Shown here in pieces: positions 34,850 to 37,145 of a stretch of DNA of 37,145 nucleotides (position 1 is the first letter of the stretch; each line of letters starts with the position of its first letter). The stretch lies in the UHGV virus genome UHGV-1356563; one strand, written 5' to 3'. The DNA comes from a virus. The position numbers were made by a program, and so were the translations under genes. The notes under the pieces are model-generated. The model ran no database searches. It was not told where the DNA came from and saw only the letters and a program-made list of their open reading frames with translations.

Positions 34850-34878
34850 ACTTGTTCCCCCTCACATTGACTACATAT

Positions 34879-34887
34879 ATTATAGCA
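34879..34887 (-). promoter_or_regulatory. Extended -10 promoter element (TGcTATAAT) for the 59-aa ORF
   Basis: TG at -15/-14 plus TATAAT. Weak -35 (TTCAAT with a 16-nt spacer). Confidence 0.35.
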
Positions 34888-34944
34888 CAGAGGGGTTTGA
34901 ATTGAATTTATTAAAAATACATTTTGGTGGAAAATAATATTATT

Positions 34945-34971
34945 CCCCTCAGATAACTGATCTCCGAGGGG
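34945..34971 (-). terminator. Terminator downstream of the endolysin
   Basis: On the minus strand, CCCCTCGGA-N9-TCTGAGGGG (one mismatch) is followed by an A/T-rich tract containing TTATTTT. Confidence 0.4.
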
Positions 34972-34977
34972 ATTTTA

Positions 34978-35781
34978 TTAGATAGATGCAGTCTCTTTCC
35001 TGTTCAGAACAGCCATCAGTCTCGCATACCACGGTGCACTTGGTCCCCACTTGTAACATGGCATATCCTTGCCATTGTTATCTTTGTAGATCTGCTGAAT
35101 GATTTTCAGCTCGTCTGGATGACCCAGTGTGGTTATCTTGTAGCCATCAAAATAAAATACTGCACCTTTTCCCTCAACTGTAAATAAACATCTCATCTCT
35201 TCATTTTCTCCTTTCTGTTCAATCGTGCTTTTATTTCCCTGTCCATTTTCCGCAGACGTTCTACTGTCAATCGCCTTTGCAATCAGCTCCGCAATTCCTT
35301 TTGTACCTAAATTTCGATATCTGGCCACATCACCTGTGCCAGTGCAGAATAATGTCTCCACGATCATGCCAGGCATATTAGATGCATTCAGATCATGGTA
35401 TCCCGAACTGTGCTTTACACCACGGTTAGCAAATCCTTTATTTGCGAAATTCTGGCAGATATTGCTTGCGATCGTGTTCATTGTCTGGTTAGATGCATCG
35501 TATAACCACACCTCTGTACCGCCAGCTAATTCCGCTCCTGCCGCATTCATGTGCAAAGTTACATAGATATCGCACCCCGCACTATTCGCCTTATTTGTGC
35601 CGTCAGACAGCTCACCAGACACATTGGATGCGTTGGAATTACAATCAACCACAGTATGACCGACAGCCTGTAACATTGGTGCGAGCTCATTGTAGATCTT
35701 CCGCACTTCTACCTGCTCATCGATTAGACCGATTGCTCCTTTACAATTTGGGGAGTGTCCTCCCCTTAAGCCAATTTTCAT
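34978..35781 (-). CDS. Endolysin: N-acetylmuramoyl-L-alanine amidase (Amidase_3) with C-terminal binding region
   Basis: 267 aa. N-terminus MKIGLRGGHSPNCKGAIG is typical of CwlA/Amidase_3 enzymes. It is the last gene of the lysis cassette. Confidence 0.8.
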   Translation of the reverse strand: MKIGLRGGHSPNCKGAIGLIDEQVEVRKIYNELAPMLQAVGHTVVDCNSNASNVSGELSDGTNKANSAGCDIYVTLHMNAAGAELAGGTEVWLYDASNQTMNTIASNICQNFANKGFANRGVKHSSGYHDLNASNMPGMIVETLFCTGTGDVARYRNLGTKGIAELIAKAIDSRTSAENGQGNKSTIEQKGENEEMRCLFTVEGKGAVFYFDGYKITTLGHPDELKIIQQIYKDNNGKDMPCYKWGPSAPWYARLMAVLNRKETASI

Positions 35782-35867
35782 TCTTTCTCTTCCTCCTGCT
35801 CTTCTGTTTCAAATGCTTTTTCCAGTTCCTCTACGGATACTCTGCCAAATTCGTTCTGTTCGCTCAT
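35778..35867 (-). CDS. Small acidic ORF, 29 aa
   Basis: ATG at 35867 with AGGAGGTGA 6 nt upstream. The stop overlaps the endolysin ATG (ATGA). Confidence 0.3.
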   Translation of the reverse strand: MSEQNEFGRVSVEELEKAFETEEQEEEKE

Positions 35868-35886
35868 GTTCTCACCTCCTGTCGCG

Positions 35887-35914
35887 CAATAAAAGAGGAC
35901 GATTACTCGCCCTC
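35887..35914 (-). terminator. Hairpin + U-tract between holin and endolysin (attenuator/partial terminator)
   Basis: On the minus strand, GAGGGCG-AGTAAT-CGTCCTC (one G-U pair) is followed by TTTTATTG. Confidence 0.3.
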
Positions 35915-35923
35915 TGAAATTAT

Positions 35924-36172
35924 CTACTTATATGTAAGCGCCCTCTCTGAATCTCTTGTTCCAGGTGTTGTTGGGTCTACCACTACACCAAGGATCGCCA
36001 GAACCGCAAAGAGTGCATTGATTACAGTCAATAACTTATCTCCAAGGTCTCCAAGGTCGATGGTAAGACCAAACACTGCCGCAATAGCCTGTACCAACAG
36101 CAAGAGTGCCGGGATCAGTGCTACCCAGAATGCCTTGTTTTTAATTCTTACAATCCAGTTAATCTTCTTCAT
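35924..36172 (-). CDS. Holin (phi LC3 / LL-H family)
   Basis: 82 aa. MKKINWIVRIKNKAFWVALIPALLLLVQAIAAVFGL matches the phage_holin_1 N-terminal signature, followed by a TM region. Confidence 0.75.
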   Translation of the reverse strand: MKKINWIVRIKNKAFWVALIPALLLLVQAIAAVFGLTIDLGDLGDKLLTVINALFAVLAILGVVVDPTTPGTRDSERALTYK

Positions 36173-36185
36173 TTTTTATTCTCCT

Positions 36186-36467
36186 TTACAAATACATTGC
36201 TACTACAGCCCCGATCACGGCTCCGATCAGTGCTGTCACGACCCCATCCCACCGTTTGGCTGGTGTCTGCTCAAGATGCGTCACCTTTGCGGTGAGTTGT
36301 ACCAACGTCTGGTTCATGAAGCCGACCTCTTTGGTTAGCCCTACCATTTCTTGTGCCAGTTGATGTACCACATTTACTACATCTTCCACCTCATTCATTC
36401 GGTGCTTTAATGAGCCGATTTCCTTTCCCTGCTCTGCAATTTTTACTTCAATGTCTTTTTCTGTCAT
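36186..36467 (-). CDS. xhlA: XhlA-family hemolysin-like lysis accessory protein
   Basis: 93 aa. Coiled-coil N-terminus with a C-terminal TM helix (VVTALIGAVIGAVVAMYL). It is positioned before the holin, as in the PBSX xhlA-xhlB-xlyA cassette. Confidence 0.7.
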   Translation of the reverse strand: MTEKDIEVKIAEQGKEIGSLKHRMNEVEDVVNVVHQLAQEMVGLTKEVGFMNQTLVQLTAKVTHLEQTPAKRWDGVVTALIGAVIGAVVAMYL

Positions 36468-36538
36468 CTCATCCTCCGGTTTTTAAAGTATAAAAATAAG
36501 ACCATCACGGTCTTGCTCTAATCTCCATATTTACTCCT

Positions 36539-37145
36539 TTAGTCATCCGTGATCCATGTAAATGTTCTGGTGTGCTCGCAATATGCCGGATTATCTACAA
36601 TTAAGGATATCTCTCCACCTTTTGATATGTGATACCTACCAGAGCCGAATATAGATGTGCCTACAACTTCGTTGCACGGCTCAGTGATATCTATAGATGG
36701 TTGGTATCCAGCCGGAATTTGTATCTCATTGAAAGGGCCGTGATTTCCTTGGGATGGAAATTGCGCAAGCATTGTTAGCCTACAAGTTACCACACACCCT
36801 CTTCTTTTTAATTCGACACGTGCATAGTTTTGTGAGTTTGTACTTATGTACGGACCACTTACTCTTCCGGAGTCATAATTTGTTGCTTTAGATATGTTAA
36901 TTTCGTATGATCCGGAGTTTTTAACAAATATACCGTCCCGTTTAAAATTAACAAGGTTTGAAATGGTGGCTCCGTCAAAATACTGCGCAATCTGCGTTGG
37001 GAATATAGACAAGCTTGTGTGTCTGCCGCTGTCCATCCCATTCGCCATAAATACGCCCTTGCTTATCGCAGAGCTGTTTATCCCATTTTCATCCTCGGAG
37101 TAGATTTCTCCGGTATTTACCTGGATAAAAAAGTGTCCGTCCAGA
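36539..37145 (-). CDS. Hypothetical protein (tail-fibre-region gene preceding the lysis cassette), N-terminus beyond window end
   Basis: The frame is open from the window end to the stop at 36539. The first in-window Met is at 37048. Confidence 0.45.
   Translation of the reverse strand, partial: LDGHFFIQVNTGEIYSEDENGINSSAISKGVFMANGMDSGRHTSLSIFPTQIAQYFDGATISNLVNFKRDGIFVKNSGSYEINISKATNYDSGRVSGPYISTNSQNYARVELKRRGCVVTCRLTMLAQFPSQGNHGPFNEIQIPAGYQPSIDITEPCNEVVGTSIFGSGRYHISKGGEISLIVDNPAYCEHTRTFTWITDD

Noticed and set aside
34614-34865. 83-aa GTG-initiated ORF listed in the track across the attP repeats
   Set aside because: It has no SD. Its C-terminus is a translation of the arm-type repeats. An alternative 59-aa frame with a strong SD and promoter fits better.
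35493-36338. 281-aa plus-strand ORF
   Set aside because: It lies antisense to the endolysin and holin genes. It is a chance open frame.
36539-37145. Diversity-generating retroelement target (variable region) in the tail-fibre-region gene
   Set aside because: I found no reverse transcriptase gene, and no template/variable near-repeat pair in the window.

Overview
The window looks like a nearly complete genome of a temperate siphovirus of a low-GC Gram-positive (Firmicutes/Clostridia-type) host. Gene families are assigned from motif recognition only; nothing was searched against a database. Almost all genes sit on the minus strand and are read from high to low coordinates.

Modules in minus-strand transcription order:

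- **Lysis (36539-34978):** a partial tail-fibre-region ORF entering from the window end, an XhlA-like protein, a phi-LC3-type holin and an Amidase_3 endolysin.
- **Attachment site (34421-34647):** a region with the features of an intact attP. A tRNA 3'-end-like segment is flanked by five copies of ATGCAACACGAA, and a promoter-equipped 59-aa ORF lies alongside it. It is followed, on the plus strand, by a tyrosine integrase (33353-34459).
- **Lysogeny module (plus strand, 31213-33191):** a cI-like XRE repressor, a lipoprotein, and a DUF4236/TM2 membrane protein.
- **Genetic switch (31084-31189):** face-to-face sigma70-type promoters with two palindromic operators.
- **Early/replication region (30.9-17.8 kb):** a Rha/KilAC antirepressor, XRE HTH proteins, a RecT-like annealase, a Cas4-like PD-(D/E)XK nuclease, an HNH protein, RusA, a DnaD-like replisome organizer, Lar, YopX, DUF551 and an RpoA-CTD-like HhH protein. 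Many ORFs of 60 aa or fewer are cysteine-rich.
- **Late region:** an ArpU/RinA-type regulator (17800-18222), then a terminator, a degenerate tRNA-like element and a canonical tRNA-Asn(GTT).
- **Packaging and structural module (17172-1):** terS and PBSX-type terL, an SPP1-type portal, a gp7-like head morphogenesis protein, an unexplained 521-aa ORF, scaffold, major capsid, four neck proteins, major tail protein, chaperone/Gp15-like pair, tape measure, Dit, and a collagen-repeat tail endopeptidase running off the window start.

A plus-strand cysteine-rich moron (30132-30359) is embedded antisense in the early operon. No CRISPR array, reverse transcriptase, DGR or transposase was seen.
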